DNA from: Octopus vulgaris
Taxonomy: Eukaryota
Direction: 5' to 3'
Assembly (NCBI GenBank): GCA_951406725.2
Contig: OX597827.1
Coordinates: forward strand, 13,206,001 to 13,270,000
Length of the DNA stretch: 64,000 nt
Part shown: positions 1-14,938 of the stretch, in pieces
How positions within the stretch are numbered: the stretch's first letter is position 1
Layout of the letters: each line of letters starts with the position of its first letter
The notes under the pieces: generated by a model
What the model was told of the DNA's origin: nothing
The model's input: only the letters and a program-made list of their open reading frames with translations
The model's database searches: none
Made by a program: the position numbers and the translations under genes

Positions 1-529
1 AGTAAAGAAATACATATCTAATCCCATCCTCTCTGTCTCTCTCTCTCTCTCTTTCTCTCTCTGACTCTCTTTCTCTCTCTCTATTTCTCTCTCTGTCACT
101 CTCTCTCTCTCTGTCTCTACCTACCTACCACACCTAACCCTATTCTAAACTTTTCCCCCGCAGTGGAACCTGATCTCAGAGTCACTGTGGTCACTCAATA
201 AGCTTGAAATAACAACTCTCTACCTACCATACTGTGGAAAAAGAAGGACACAATGAAAATAATACAAGTTTTAAACACACTTCATGTGAAAGCAAGACAA
301 GATGGTCATGGATGGAATTACTCTCACCATAATTCTGTTCCACCAGAACTGACCTGGTGCTATACAGCAACAATACTTCTCCAATAAGGAAGTGTTTGAA
401 TATGGTCACCCTCCTTGCTAGAAATAGCAGCTAAATCTCTCTCAAATCAATCTACTGTCTTGCAGGGAAAAGCCAAAACTCATCCGATAATGTTGTCCTA
501 AGAAGATTATGTCTAAAAAAAACTCACAA

Positions 530-949
530 CGCAGGAGTGGCTGTGTGGTTAGTAGCTTGCTAACCAACCACATGGTTCCGGGTTCAGTCCCACTGTGTGG
601 CATCTTGGGCAAGTGTCTTCTGCTATAGCCTCGGGCCGATCAATGCCTTGTGAGTGGATTTGGGAGACGGAAACTGAAAGAAGCCTGTCGTATATATGTA
701 TATATATATATATATATGTAAGTGTGTGTATATGTTTGTGTCTGTGTTTGTTACCCCACCATCGCTTGACAACTGATGCTGGTGTGTTTACGTCCCCGTC
801 ACTTAGCGGTTCGGCAAAAAGAGACCGATAGAATAAGTACTGGGCTTACAAAGAATAAGTCCCGGGGTCGAGTTGCTCAACTAAAGGTGGTGCTCCAGCA
901 TGGCCGCAGCCAAATGACTGAAACAAGTAAAAGAGTAAAAAAGAGAGTA
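530..949 (+). mobile_element. tRNA-derived SINE, family A
   Basis: A-box-like TGGCTGTGTGG and B-box-like GGTTCAGTCCC, internal (TA/TG)n, (AAAGAGT)n tail; more than 10 similar copies in the window. Confidence 0.9.
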
Positions 950-1038
950 ACGGCCACATTTGGAATGTCTTCCATCATAGGGCTGCTCAATAGGAACTGT
1001 CTCGAAGTTAAACAATACCATATAATATCAGTATTTCA

Positions 1039-1070
<32 letters not shown>

Positions 1071-2698
1071 TCATATCATACTCTGGCCCTACGAAACACT
1101 TTGTGGCTCAGTTCCCCCGCTCTTACTATGCTCATATGCATGAGTGCTCAATTACACCCTGTCACCACTGCCTCTACCCCTCCCCCACCACTACCACCCC
1201 ATTCAAACATTCCCCCAGCCAACCTCGCTGTCCCCTCCCTTCACTCATTCATTGGTCCTTACGCTCCCCATGCATATATATATATGACCGCAGGCAACAC
1301 AGCATAAGCCCCAGACATCCATACACCGTACACTCACACAGGAGTCCACTGTATAGAAGTAAAGATAAAGATAGAGAAAGATATATATACATACATGAAT
1401 ACGTGTGTGTATGTGTGTGTGTGTGTATGTATACATACATATAGATATAGGTATAATTGTATATGCATATATGTATGTGTGTAAGTGTATATATATATAT
1501 ATATATGTGTGTATGTATATATATATATATGTGTGTGTGTGTATATATACACACACATACACGCATATATATATATATATATACAGACATACATGCATTT
1601 ATATATACCTATTAAATATGTGTGTGTGTGTGTACATATATATACATATACATAATGCTCATATATATGCATATATGTGTGTGTGTGTGTGTATATATAT
1701 ATATACACAGACACATACACGCATTTATATATACCTATTAAATATGTGTGTGTGTGTGTGTACATATATATACATATACATAATGCTTATATAGGGAGAG
1801 AAAGAAAGAAATTGAGAAAGAGAGGGAGAGAAAGAAAGAGATTGAGAAAGAGAGGGAGAGAAAGAAAGAGATTGAGAGAGAGAGAGAGAGAGAGAGAGAG
1901 CAAAACAGAAAGACATGAGAGGCAGGCAGAAGCTTTCCAAAGTATTTAATAAACAAAATAACGCCATAAAATAAAATAAAATAAAAATAAAAAATAAAAT
2001 GAAAAGAACCCCCCCCCCCAAAAAAAAAATAAACAAACAAACAAATAAATAAAATTTAATAAACAATGGCTAAAGAATATTTTAGATAAATAAGAAATGA
2101 TAAAAGAACAAGGACATGCCTGACTGCTCGGAATTGTATTGCTCTTCCACGCTTAACTGTTGTTGTTGATGTCGTTCCTGGGTCTTATGGCTTATTTACT
2201 GTTCCAGGGAAAGTTTTGCCTTTGTTTTTCTTAACAAATTCTCTTTGGTAAAACCACGGTTATAAATGCATAGAGGGAAGAAAGAGCTTTGATTTTTTCT
2301 TCAATATTTTCTTTGTGAAGACTTTTGGTATTAAGAATGAAAGGGGAACACTTTTTTTTGTATGGGTTTTCCTTTTTCTTTTTTTTTCTTATTTTCCTTC
2401 TTTTTTTTCTTTTTTTTTTCTTATTTAAATCCTCCTATAGTTTATGCACTTGTGTTTATATATATAGATGTGTTTATATATATAGATATGTTGTGTGTTT
2501 ATATATAAATATGTGTGTGTGTGTGTGTGAGTGTGTTTATAGGTTTGTTAGAACAAACAGGAGATAAAAAAACTCAGTACATGAGTAGATGTGTGTATAT
2601 ATATATATTTATATGAATGTACGCATATACATGTATGCATGCATGTATGTATATGTATATAAATATATATATTTATGTGTATGTATATATATATATTT

Positions 2699-2742
<44 letters not shown>

Positions 2743-3050
2743 TATGTATGTATATATATATGTATGTATATATGTATGTATGTATATGTATTTGTTTATT
2801 TATTAGCAGAAAGTTACATGGGGGGGTCATGCATAAAATCCTTGGCCCCGGAGTCACTTTGTAACTTTCTGCCAACTAATGTGTGTGCATATATGTGTGT
2901 GTGTGTGGGTGTGTGTGTCTATGTCTGTGTATGATTATATGTTTATGTCAATGTCTTGACAGAAGACAGCCGGATTTTATTCGCCTTCTTTCTGTCTTCG
3001 CTTTGCACGTATTCCTGTATTACACGTGTGCATGCGTATAAAAATATACG

Positions 3051-3081
<31 letters not shown>

Positions 3082-3788
3082 ATCTGTATCTATATGTGTA
3101 GAGGGTTGTATGCTTGTATGTATTGTGCTTCTGTGAGTATGTTCATGTGTGTGTGTATGTGTGTATTTGGGTATGTTTGTGTGTGTATGTGTGTGTGTAT
3201 GTGCACGTGTGTGTATGTGTGTGTACCACACCAACACACCAACACACCATGCACTTAACAACTCACACAGAAGATTAAATTTAGACGAGTCAATGACAGA
3301 CTCCCTGCAAGACCATTTAACCCGTTAGAAATGATAGCTGAATTTTCCTCAAATCACACCCTAACATCTTAGGAGAGATGACTTGGTCATGGCTTGTCGG
3401 AGCACCTTTCAAACAGATATCTACGCATCCAGGGCTGACGGCGGACTGAACAACAGCAGCAGATTTCACATCGCAGGTGTGCTTCAGTGCCTGTGTCTGT
3501 GTGTCTGTGTGTCCGTGTGTCCGTATGTTTGTGTGTGTTTACGTTTGGTGGAGTTGGCAGACTTTGCTTGCCTTCATCTTGTTTCCCTTTAAATCAAACT
3601 TCAGTGTGTGCATATGTATAAGTGTGCGTATGTGTGCATGTGTGCATGAGTGTGTGTGTGTGTGTGTGTCTGTCTGTCTGTCTTTCTTAGGAGAAAGTAA
3701 TTTGCTTTATTTTCATCATTTTTTTTTTCTTCAAAAAATACCCTGAGTTTTTGAGTATGTATCTGTACGAGAAGTTGTGTGTGTGTAT

Positions 3789-3826
<38 letters not shown>

Positions 3827-3970
3827 TTATGTATGTATATATGTCGATATGAATAGATATATATGCTTATGTATATATGTAAATATGAATATATGTATGT
3901 ATGTACATATATATATATGTGTGTGTGTATGTTTATTTATGTCTGTATGTATATATGTACATATACATAC

Positions 3971-4014
<44 letters not shown>

Positions 4015-4158
4015 GTATGTATATGTATATGTATATAGGGAGAGAGAGAGATAGACAGATAGATAGATAAATAGATCGATATGTGTGTGCGTATGTGTTT
4101 ACATATATATGTGGCGGTGTGTGTTTATGTGTGCCTTACAGTCTTATTCAGCAAGAAT

Positions 4159-4190
<32 letters not shown>

Positions 4191-4718
4191 ACATGCATAT
4201 GCACACTCCTGTGCACCACCTGCACAGCACATCAACGCATCTACAATTTAAAAACACCGGCAGATTTCAGATCAGATCGGTTCAAATAAAAGAGAATCCT
4301 GGTAGCAGAGGTCTTTGAAACGGTGAAGTAAAAATGTGGAAAAAGCTAAACAAACTTACTTTTGTCCTTCCTGAGAGGAGGGAGGAGGGAATCAAGAGAA
4401 GGGGAGGTATGAAAAATTGAACTGGAGTGGCAGGAGTAAAGAATGGAAAGGACGGGGGGGGAAGAAAAGAGGAGGAGGAGGAGAGGGGAAGGAGAAGGAG
4501 AGGGAGGAGAATATATGAGGGGTGGGGGGCGGGGGGGAGATGGATATGTGAGTGAGAAATAACAAAAGGTATATGTATGTGTGTATGTGTGTGTGTTTGT
4601 GTGTGTATAAATATGTATATATATCTATGTATTTCTGTGCATGATAGAGTTTACACCTGTATGTGTGAAAGTAAATGTGTGATTGTGCATGTATATGTGT
4701 GTATATGTGTGTGTGTGT

Positions 4719-4757
<39 letters not shown>

Positions 4758-4822
4758 CAATAATAAATCTCTGAACGAGATGTAAATATATATATATATA
4801 TATATGTAAATATATATATATA

Positions 4823-4860
<38 letters not shown>

Positions 4861-4866
<6 letters not shown>

Positions 4867-5060
4867 TTAATCAAAACAAGAAAGCACAAAAAAACACAAC
4901 AACGCAAGGACGTGGAACAAATACAGTATTATTGGACGCTCAGGAAAGAAGGAAAGAAGGAGGGTTTAACGTTTCGAGCGGAGCTCTTCGTCGGAAACAT
5001 AGAAGGAAAGATCCAGAGAAGGGAAGACAGGTAAAAAAACAAAATAAATCGCCAGCGGTA
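4861..5060 (-). mobile_element. Penelope-like terminal fragment, family P1, in a (TA)n tract
   Basis: Similar copies at 23745-23895, 29875-30080 and 43430-43645, all next to TA repeats; carries a hammerhead motif. Confidence 0.6.
4964..4998 (-). ncRNA. minimal hammerhead ribozyme motif (P1, U4C variant)
   Basis: Reverse complement reads GTTT-CCGACGA-A-GAGC-TCC-GCTC-GAAAC-GTT-AAAC. Confidence 0.6.
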
Positions 5061-5234
5061 TACATATATATGAGTGTATATGTATATATATATATATATA
5101 TATGTTCAATGTATTCCTCTAATGTATGTATATATATATCTATAATACACATACATATGTATATGTGAGTTATAGAGATTGAAAGAAAGGGTATTGAGCT
5201 ATATATAGATCTATTTTTATATATGTGCATGTGT

Positions 5235-5730
<496 letters not shown>

Positions 5731-6169
5731 CTGTATGTCTGTGTGTCTTTTGTCTGCCTGTCAATATATAAACATATATTTACATGTATACATGTGTGAG
5801 TATGTATGTCAAAGTGTGTTCATGTATGTAACTTTCAATACATATGTGTGTGTATGTGTGAGTGCATGTGTTGTGTGTTGTGTGTGTGGTGTGTGTGTAT
5901 GCACGCATGCGTGTGCGTGTGTAGAGCTATGTTATACTTGTATACTGTTGCAGGCAGGCAGGCAGGCAAGCAGATCCAACACACTTCTCTGTAGCAGAGG
6001 AAACGGAGTTTGTCCATTTTGTGTCTATTGCAGAGAAAAAACCGAAACTACGGGAGTTGTCAGAACTGTTGATAACTGTTGTGTCATATGGTATTGGCGG
6101 TAGTTGTAGTAAGTGCTTGTGTGGAAGTGTTAATAGGCGGATGATAGAGTCGGGGGGTGGTACTTGTAG

Positions 6170-7335
6170 TGTGCTAATAGTGGTGGTTGTGGTGGTGGTG
6201 GTGGTGAAGTCGGTGGTGGTAGTGTTGATGGTGTTGGTGCTGGTTGTGATGTGCTAATGGTGGTGATGATGGTGATGACGGTGGTGGTGGTGGTGGTGGT
6301 GGTGGTGGTGAAGTTGCTGGTGGTAGTGCTGATGGTGTTGGTGCTGGTTGTGATGTGCTAATGGTGGTGATGATGGTGATGACGGTGGTGGTGGTGGTGG
6401 TGGTGGTAGTGTTGATGGCGGTGGCAGTTGTAATGTGTTAATAGTGGTGGTGGTGTTGGTTGTGGTAGTATGTTAATTGTGGTGCTGGTGGTGGATATAG
6501 TTTTAGTGGTGTGCTAGTGTTAATAGAGTGAGAGTGGTAGTATTAATCAAGTGGTGGTGGTGGTGGTGGTAGAGGTCGTAGAGATACTTGTTGTGGTGTG
6601 ACAGTGTTAATGCTGAAGTAGTGGTAGTGCTGCTGTGGCAGTGTTGATGGAGTGTTAATGGAGTGTTGATGACAATAGTGGGGGAAGTATCAGTATGAAT
6701 TAAATGGTAGAATGGTAGTGTTAATTTCGTATTGGTGGTAGCGGTAGTGGTATGGTGATTGTTATAGTACTGCCAGGATGTTAGTAGTGTTAAAGAAGTG
6801 GTAGTTATAGTCATTGTAAAGTTAGTGGTATTGTGGTAGTGGCTATGTTACAGTGCTGATGAAGTCGCAATGGTAGTAATATTAGTGGCGTTGGAGTGTT
6901 AATGGATTTGAAGTGGTAGTGGCGGTTGTTGTTATGTTGGCTTTCTGGTGGTGTTAAAGAAGTAGTTGTAGTTTTGTGGTTGATTTTGATGGTGTAGTAT
7001 AAGTGGTAGTGGTGTCATAAAGTTAATGGAGTGGTGGAGCTGGTAGTGGCAACAGCAGTAGATGGTGGATGAGAGTGGTGGTGATGATGGTGGTGCAGTG
7101 TGGGTGTTGGTGCTGGTAGTAGTGATGTGGTGTTTGTAGCTGTGGTGGTTGTGATGGTAGTGGTGGTGGTAATGTGGTGGAGGTGGTGGTTGTGATGGTG
7201 GTTGTAGTGGTGGTGGTAGTGATTATAGTCGTAGTGGTGTTGTTGGAAGTGGTAGCTGTATGAGTAGCAGCAGCAGTGGTGGTGGTGGTGGTGAGGGTGG
7301 AGGAGGTAGTGGTGGTGGTGGTAGTGGTGGTGGCA
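6170..7335. repeat. degenerate (GGT/AGT)n low-complexity tract
   Basis: Direct reading. Confidence 0.9.
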
Positions 7336-7415
7336 ATGACTAGAATTTCTAAGTTGTGTTTCTACATTTTGCTAGCACAAGAGTTGTTAAGAGCGTTAAC
7401 TTGTCTTTGTTTGGA

Positions 7416-7459
<44 letters not shown>

Positions 7460-7806
7460 AATGATGATGATGGTGGTAGTGATGGTGGTGGTGATGATGA
7501 TGATGATGATGAGTGGATCTAAGTATTGTTTATAGTGTTACTCATGGTAACTATGGTGATGATGATGATTATGGTGGCGATGAAGTTTATGTCCAAGACG
7601 TAGAATGTTGATGACTTGATGACGGGGGCTTAATTAACCATTTCATCAAATAAACATGTTTAGGGCACCTTGGCAAAATAGTCGCTACAGAGAATTTTTC
7701 CTGTGGGGAACGAGGAGGAAAAAAATTATAGCAGTTTTTTTTTTTTTGTTCACGAATCAAAAAAAAAAGTGTTAAAAATTTGAATTTTCGTCTTTGCCCA
7801 AATCAT

Positions 7807-8273
<467 letters not shown>

Positions 8274-8579
8274 TTGCCTAAAAGGCTTGCTGTTATTAAG
8301 TGCTAAATAATCTTTGTTTTTTGTAGTTTTAGAGAAAAAAAAAAATGCAGTTTTATATTTAATATAGTTGTGAGGCCTGGCTTGGCCTAAGGGATAGCCT
8401 GGAAGAAAAAGAGAATTTCAAATTATTATTTCACATTCAGCACTTTTATTATATTTTAAAGTCTCGTTTGCTGAAGGCTGTGCTTAAAGCATTCGTTAGC
8501 CTTAACCAAGCCCTGACTGGGTTTTGCAGTGTGCTCTTTCTTTATACAGTTGTGGCATTCTTGCAGTGGTGCATTTACG

Positions 8580-9410
8580 TGGTGGTGGTGGTGTTGGTGG
8601 TGGTAGTGGTGGTGTTGGTAGTGGTGGGTTGTTACAGCTATTTAATGATTGCGTGGGGGTTGATTAATGTTAGTAGTGAGGTAAATTGGTGATGGCGCTT
8701 TTGGTGGTAGTAGTGGTGGTGGTGTTGGTGGTGGTGGTAGTGGTGATAGGTTGTTGTAGTAGTGATAGTTTGGTGGTAGTAGTGGTGGTGGTGGTGGTGG
8801 TGGCGGTGGTGGTGATGGTGGTAGTGGTAGTTTCAGTGGTGGTAGTGGTGATAGTTGTAGTAGTAGTTGTGGTAGTTTGGTGGTAGTAGTGGTGGTGGTG
8901 GTGGTGGTGGTGATGATGGTGGTAGTGGTGATAGTTGTAGTGGTAGTTGTGGTAGTTTGGTGGTAGCAGTGGTGGTGGTGGTGGTGGTGGTGGTGGTGGT
9001 GGTAGTGGTAGTTTCAGTGGTGGTAGTGGTGATAGTTGTAGTAGTAGTTGTGGTAGTTTGGTGGTAGTAGTGGTGGTGGTGGTGGTGGTGGTGGTGATGG
9101 TGGTAGTGGTAGTTTCAGTGGTGGTAGTGGTGGTAGTGGTAGTTTCAGTGGTGGTAGTGGTGATGGTTGTAGTAGTAGTTGTGATAGTTTGGTGGTGGAT
9201 GTGGCTGTGGTTGTGGTGGTGATGGTAGATGTTGTCATGGTTCTGACTTTGATTGTGATGGTAGTGGTGGTAGGGTAGTGGTGGTTATGCTGGTGGTGGT
9301 GGTGGTGGTCGTGATGGTGGTCGTCGTCGTAGTGGTGGTGGTAGTGATGGTGGTGGTTTTAGTGGTTTTGGTGATGGTGCTGGTGGTGGTGGTACTGGTG
9401 GTGGTGTCGT
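8580..9410. repeat. degenerate (GGT)n tract with internal tandem units
   Basis: Direct reading. Confidence 0.9.
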
Positions 9411-9729
9411 AATAGTTTTAAGGGCTTTACAGTATGGTAGATGGCAGTGATGGTGTCGTAGTGTTACAGTGTTGGTACTGGTTGCAGTTGTTATCGTTTA
9501 ACCCCAGGTCAGCTCCAAGAGAGCAAGCTGATATATATATAAAAGACATTCCAGCCATGATAATTCTTATTAACTGTTCAGACCGCAGATAGTAGCTTGA
9601 AGGAGATTTGACTGCTATTTCTAGCAAGGAAAGTAATCAACTGCAGACTTTCTCATAGGCTCATACATCATTCTTTAGTAGGTGAGAAAGTGGCAACAAA
9701 AGGTGTGGTAGCTGTGAAGGTAGGGAGTC

Positions 9730-10360
9730 GTGGGGGTGGTGGTGGTGGCGGCGGTGGCAGTGATGGTGGTCGTGGTGGTTGAAGCAGTGGTAGTTGTGTT
9801 GCGGTTGCTAGTGGTCGTGGTGCAGGTAGTGGTGGTGGAGGTGGTGGTGGCAGTGGTGGTGGTGATGGTGGTCGTGGTGGTTGAGGCAGTGGTGGTTGTG
9901 TTGCAGTTGCTAGTGGTGGTGATCGTGGTGGTTGTGGTGCAGGTAGTGGTGGTGGAGGTGGTGGTCGTGGTGCAGGTAGTGGTGGTGGTGGTGGTGGTGG
10001 AGGTGGTGGTGGCGGTGGTGGTGGAGGTGGTGGTGGAGGTGGTTGTGGAGGGGGTGGTGGTGGTGGAGGTGGTGTTGGCGGTCGTGGTGGTCATGGTGGT
10101 CATGGTGGTTGTGTTGCGGTTGCTAGTGGTGGTGATCGTAGTGGTCGTGGTGCAGGTAGTGGTGGTGGAGGTGGTGGTCGTGGTGCAGGTAGTGGTGGTG
10201 GAGGTGGTGGTCATGGTGCAGGTAGTGGTGGTGGAGGTGGTGGTGGTGGAGGTGGTGCTGGCGGTGGTGGTGGTGATGTTAGTGGTGGTGGTGGTGGTGG
10301 TGGTGGTTTTAGTGGTGGTAGTGGTGGTGGTGGTGGTGGTGGTGGTGGTGGTGATGGTAG
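9730..10360. repeat. (GGT)n-derived cryptic minisatellite
   Basis: Recurring marker GTTGTGTTGCRGTTGCTAGTGG...GTGCAGGTAG. Confidence 0.85.
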
Positions 10361-10760
10361 CTGAACATTATATCTAGCAGAAGTAGTTATGGGGATGTTG
10401 GTGACACCATCTGTGGCATTGGCTGTAGAGGTGGTTGCAGCAGTGGTGGTCACCATCATTGTCTTAATGATAGTTGCAGAAGTGGCAATAATATTATTGC
10501 TGGTGATAGTTTGGTGTGTTTTGCTTTAAACACCTTCACATTCTTCGAGGTGTTCGCTAAGAGGAAGGTGTTTAGTCTTACATATAGTTTGATGAGAAAA
10601 TGTAAGTTGTAAACTTATCGTTAGTGATAAATACCTGCACAGTGGCTTTACACACAGACACACACACATGTACACATGTACACACATGCAAACAATAATA
10701 TATATTTGTGTGAATTGGTGTATATATGTATCATCATCATCATCATCATCATATATATAT

Positions 10761-10797
<37 letters not shown>

Positions 10798-11048
10798 CAC
10801 ACATGAAAACAATAATACATATTTGTTTGTATTTGTGTGAATTGGTGTATGTACATATCACCATCATCATATATATATACGTATATATACATACACACAT
10901 GTATACACACACACATATATATATACATACATATATATAACATATATAAATATATACATATATATATGTATATACATATATATACGTATATATGTATATA
11001 CGTATATATATGTACATACATATATATATGTATATACATATATATATG

Positions 11049-11117
<69 letters not shown>

Positions 11118-11333
11118 ATAGATACATGCACATATATTGGGCCCTGAATCACCTTTGTACTTTTACTGCCAGTTGTATCTATATATGTGTGTGTATTAGT
11201 GTGTGTGTTTGCGTGTATGTATATAGCATGTATATATATATATGACAGTATGTATGTATGTATGTATGTATATATATCATCATCATCATCGTTTAACGTC
11301 CGTTCTCCATGCTAGCATGGGTTGGACCATATA

Positions 11334-11379
<46 letters not shown>

Positions 11380-11947
11380 TATACATGTATATATATATTT
11401 ATATATGTGTGTGTGTGTATTTAGACATACACAGACATACACACACACACACATATACTATAAACTCATACGCATACTTGCATATACATTTACATGCAAC
11501 TGCACAAATGGAAAAGCACGCAGACACCCAGACAAGCTCACATGTATATGCACACACACGCACACACACACACACATACACACATGCACACACTTACTCA
11601 CACACAAGCCTCATAATATAAGTGTGAGAATATGAGTGAGAAGTAAATGAGATGAAGTGTTACCTGCCATATAAATACTTCCAATAAACCATTGATAAAA
11701 ACACTGTAAACTGTTCATCTGTCACAATCAGTTAATCAACCAATCCAAGTGCAACACACTCGTACAAACTCATGGATTCCCCTGTACACAAGCGAACAGA
11801 GACATGGAAATATATGTATAAACACATGCAGTTGTATGTGCATCTGTGTATATAGCATGTATGTATGTATGTATGTATGGATGTATGTGCATATATATAC
11901 ATATACATATATATATATATATATATATATCATAAATATAGATGGAG

Positions 11948-12048
<101 letters not shown>

Positions 12049-12083
12049 ACGTATATATATGTATATATATATATATATACATG

Positions 12084-12114
<31 letters not shown>

Positions 12115-12210
12115 CCATACATACACACACACACACATATATATACTATAAACTCATACGCATACTCGCATATACATTTGCATGCAACTGCACAAATGGA
12201 AAAGCACGCA

Positions 12211-12244
<34 letters not shown>

Positions 12245-12245
<1 letters not shown>

Positions 12246-12630
12246 ATCATCATCACTATCGCTTAATGTCCATTTGTCCATGCTGGCATGGGTTGAACGG
12301 TTATACTGAGCTGGCACACTCGAAGGCTGCACCAGGCTTCAGTCTGATGTGGCATGGTTTTCTATAGTTGGATACCCTTCCTAACATCAACCACTCCAAG
12401 AGCGTAATTGGTGCTTTTACATGCCACTGGCACAGGTGCCATTTTGCGTGACACTGGCATCTGCCATGACTGCGATTTTGGTCTGCTTGATCGGTTTTCT
12501 TCTCAAGCACGACATAAAGCCAAAGGTCTTGGTCACTGGCTCCAAGAGGCCCAACACGCGAAAGGAACTCGGCCACTTTGCCTCCATGCAGTTGTATGTG
12601 CATCTGTGTATATAGCCACAACACCTCCAT
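12245..12630 (-). mobile_element. RTE-tail retroelement fragment
   Basis: (CAT)n tail, CCATGCTGGCATGGG hairpin and GGATACCCTTCCTAAC motif shared with 13379-13868. Confidence 0.75.
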
Positions 12631-12637
12631 GAGGCCC

Positions 12638-12682
<45 letters not shown>

Positions 12683-12944
12683 TACATACATACATATATA
12701 TATGCCTTTATATATGTATATATATTATATGTATGTATGCATGTATATCTGTATATCTAAGTATATATATATATCATAAATATAGATGGAGATATATGTA
12801 TATAGACATATGTATATATATATACACACATTCATACATACACACACATATATATATATATATATAATATATACATACATACGCACATATATATACATAC
12901 ATATATATATATATACATACATACACACACATATATATATACAT

Positions 12945-12983
<39 letters not shown>

Positions 12984-12987
<4 letters not shown>

Positions 12988-13868
12988 CTTCAGAGAAAAG
13001 TTGAACCTAAGAAGCATCAGTTGTGGTGTGCAAGAGAGACGGCTGCGCTGGTATGGTCATGTGACGAGAATGGCTGAAGATAGTTGTGTGCAAAAGTGCT
13101 ACACCCTAGCAGTTGAGGGAACCTGTGAAAGAGGTAGACCCAGGAAAACCTGGGACGAGGTGGTGAAGCACGACCTTCGAACTTTAGGTCTCACCAAGGA
13201 AATGACTAGAGACCGAGACCTATGGAAGTATGCTGTGCGTGAGAAGACCCGGCAAGACTAGTGAGGCCATAACCCGTGGCCCCTACCTGGGACGTAGTCA
13301 GTCCACCTGTGCATACCTTCCTTCTTGTGACACTTCTGAAGACCTGTTGAGGCAAGTGAAAATCAAACCAAATCAAAATAGATGAACATCAATGGAATTT
13401 GTATCTTTGTGGAAAATTACCAGTGCCGGTGGCACATAAGAAAACCATCCGAACGTGACTGTAGCCAGTACCGCATTGACTGGCCTCCGTACTGTGGGCA
13501 CGTAAGAAGCACCATCCGATCGTAGCCGTTCGCCAGCCTCGTCTGGCACCTGTGTCGGTGGCACATAAAAAACACCATCCGAGCGTGGCCGTCTGCCAGC
13601 CTCGTCTGGCACTTGTGTCGGTGGCACATAAAAAACACCATCCGAGCGTGGCCATTCGCCAGCCTCGTCTGGCACCTGTGCCAGTGGCACATAAAATCAC
13701 CCACTAAACTCTCGGAGTGGTTGGCGTTAGGAAGGGCATCCAGCTGTAGAAACACTGCCAGATCTGACTGGCCTGGTGCAGCCTTCGGGCTCGCCAGACC
13801 CCAGTTGAACCGTCCAACCCATGCTAGCATGGAAAGTGGACGTTAAATGATGATGATGATGATGATGA
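12984..13868 (+). mobile_element. 5'-truncated RTE-clade LINE (ORF C-terminus, 3' UTR, (GAT)n tail)
   Basis: ORF 13001-13261 has [19 protein letters not shown] and DRDLW motifs typical of RTE C-termini; UTR has three 63-bp units and ends in (GAT)n. Confidence 0.85.
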
Positions 13869-13916
13869 TATATATATATATATGTATCAAAAGAAAAACA
13901 GGACACAAAGGATTTT

Positions 13917-14009
13917 GCGGTACATATGTTTCGGGCTTTATTGAACAACTTATTCTTATATCAATGCATAATTGATATAACAGATAGATCAAAAGCCTTC
14001 TTCAGCCGC
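13917..14009 (-). ncRNA. hammerhead ribozyme motif with long stem II
   Basis: Reverse complement reads GCGG-CTGAAGA-AGGCTT...TTATATCAAT-TATGC-ATTGATATAA...AAGCCC-GAAAC-ATAT-GTA-CCGC; core intact, stem I GCGG/CCGC. Confidence 0.75.
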
Positions 14010-14388
14010 GTACAATTACCACACCAAAGACATGTATCACATTATAACAGGTTTGAGAAGAAGTTTGAGAAAAAACCGAGTTTCATTGGGAAAGTAAATC
14101 CTCATACGCATACGTGGTATTGCGAGACTCCAAAACAAATCGTCCATACCGTTTTTTCACTCGATAAATGTATATATATATGTATATATATACATGCTTA
14201 TACATACAGCACTTAATTGAACAAATCAACCCCAGTGTTTATATCTCTTTTCTAAGTCTAATATTTATTCTATTGTTCTCTTTTTGCCAAACTGCTAAGT
14301 TATGAGGAAATAAACAAACCATCATCTGTTGACAAGTGATGGAGATAGTGATGGTGGTGAGGACAAACACAAACACTCATACACATAT

Positions 14389-14800
14389 AGGCGCAGGAGT
14401 GGCTGTGTGGTAAGTAGCTTGTTTACCAACCACATGGTTCCGGGTTCAGTCCCACTGCGTGGCACCTTGGGCGAGTGTCTTCTACTATAGCCTCGGGCCG
14501 ACCAAAGCCTTGTGGGTGGATTTGGTAGACGGAAACTGAAAGAAGTCCGTCGTATATATGTATATATATATATATATGCGTGTGTGTGTTTGTATATCTG
14601 TGTTTGTCCCCCTGGCATTACTTGACAACCGATGCTGGTGTGTTTACGTCCTCGTTACTTAGCGGTTCGGTAAAAAGAGACTGATAGAATAAGTACTGGG
14701 CTTACAAAAGAATAAGTCCCGGGGTCGAGTTACTCGATTAAAGGCGGTGCTCCAGCATGGCCGCAGTCAAATGACTCAAACAAGTAAAGGAGTAAAGAGT
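14389..14800 (+). mobile_element. SINE family A
   Basis: Full-length match to 530-949. Confidence 0.9.
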
Positions 14801-14938
14801 ATAGGTATTCTCTTTTCCACTGATCTTCAACTATATGTTAGCATCACTGGGCAGCTGATTTCCTCAACTGTACACAGTTTCTCTTCTCTATCCAAAATTA
14901 TGCATGTATGCTTGCGTGCACACGTGCATGTGTGTGTG

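Noticed and set aside
530-605. tRNA gene
   Set aside because: A tRNA-like SINE head continuing into the SINE body; no complete cloverleaf.
2100-4330. Unique islands that might be host exons or enhancers
   Set aside because: No convincing splice-bounded frame or recognisable protein; needs RNA-seq or conservation data.
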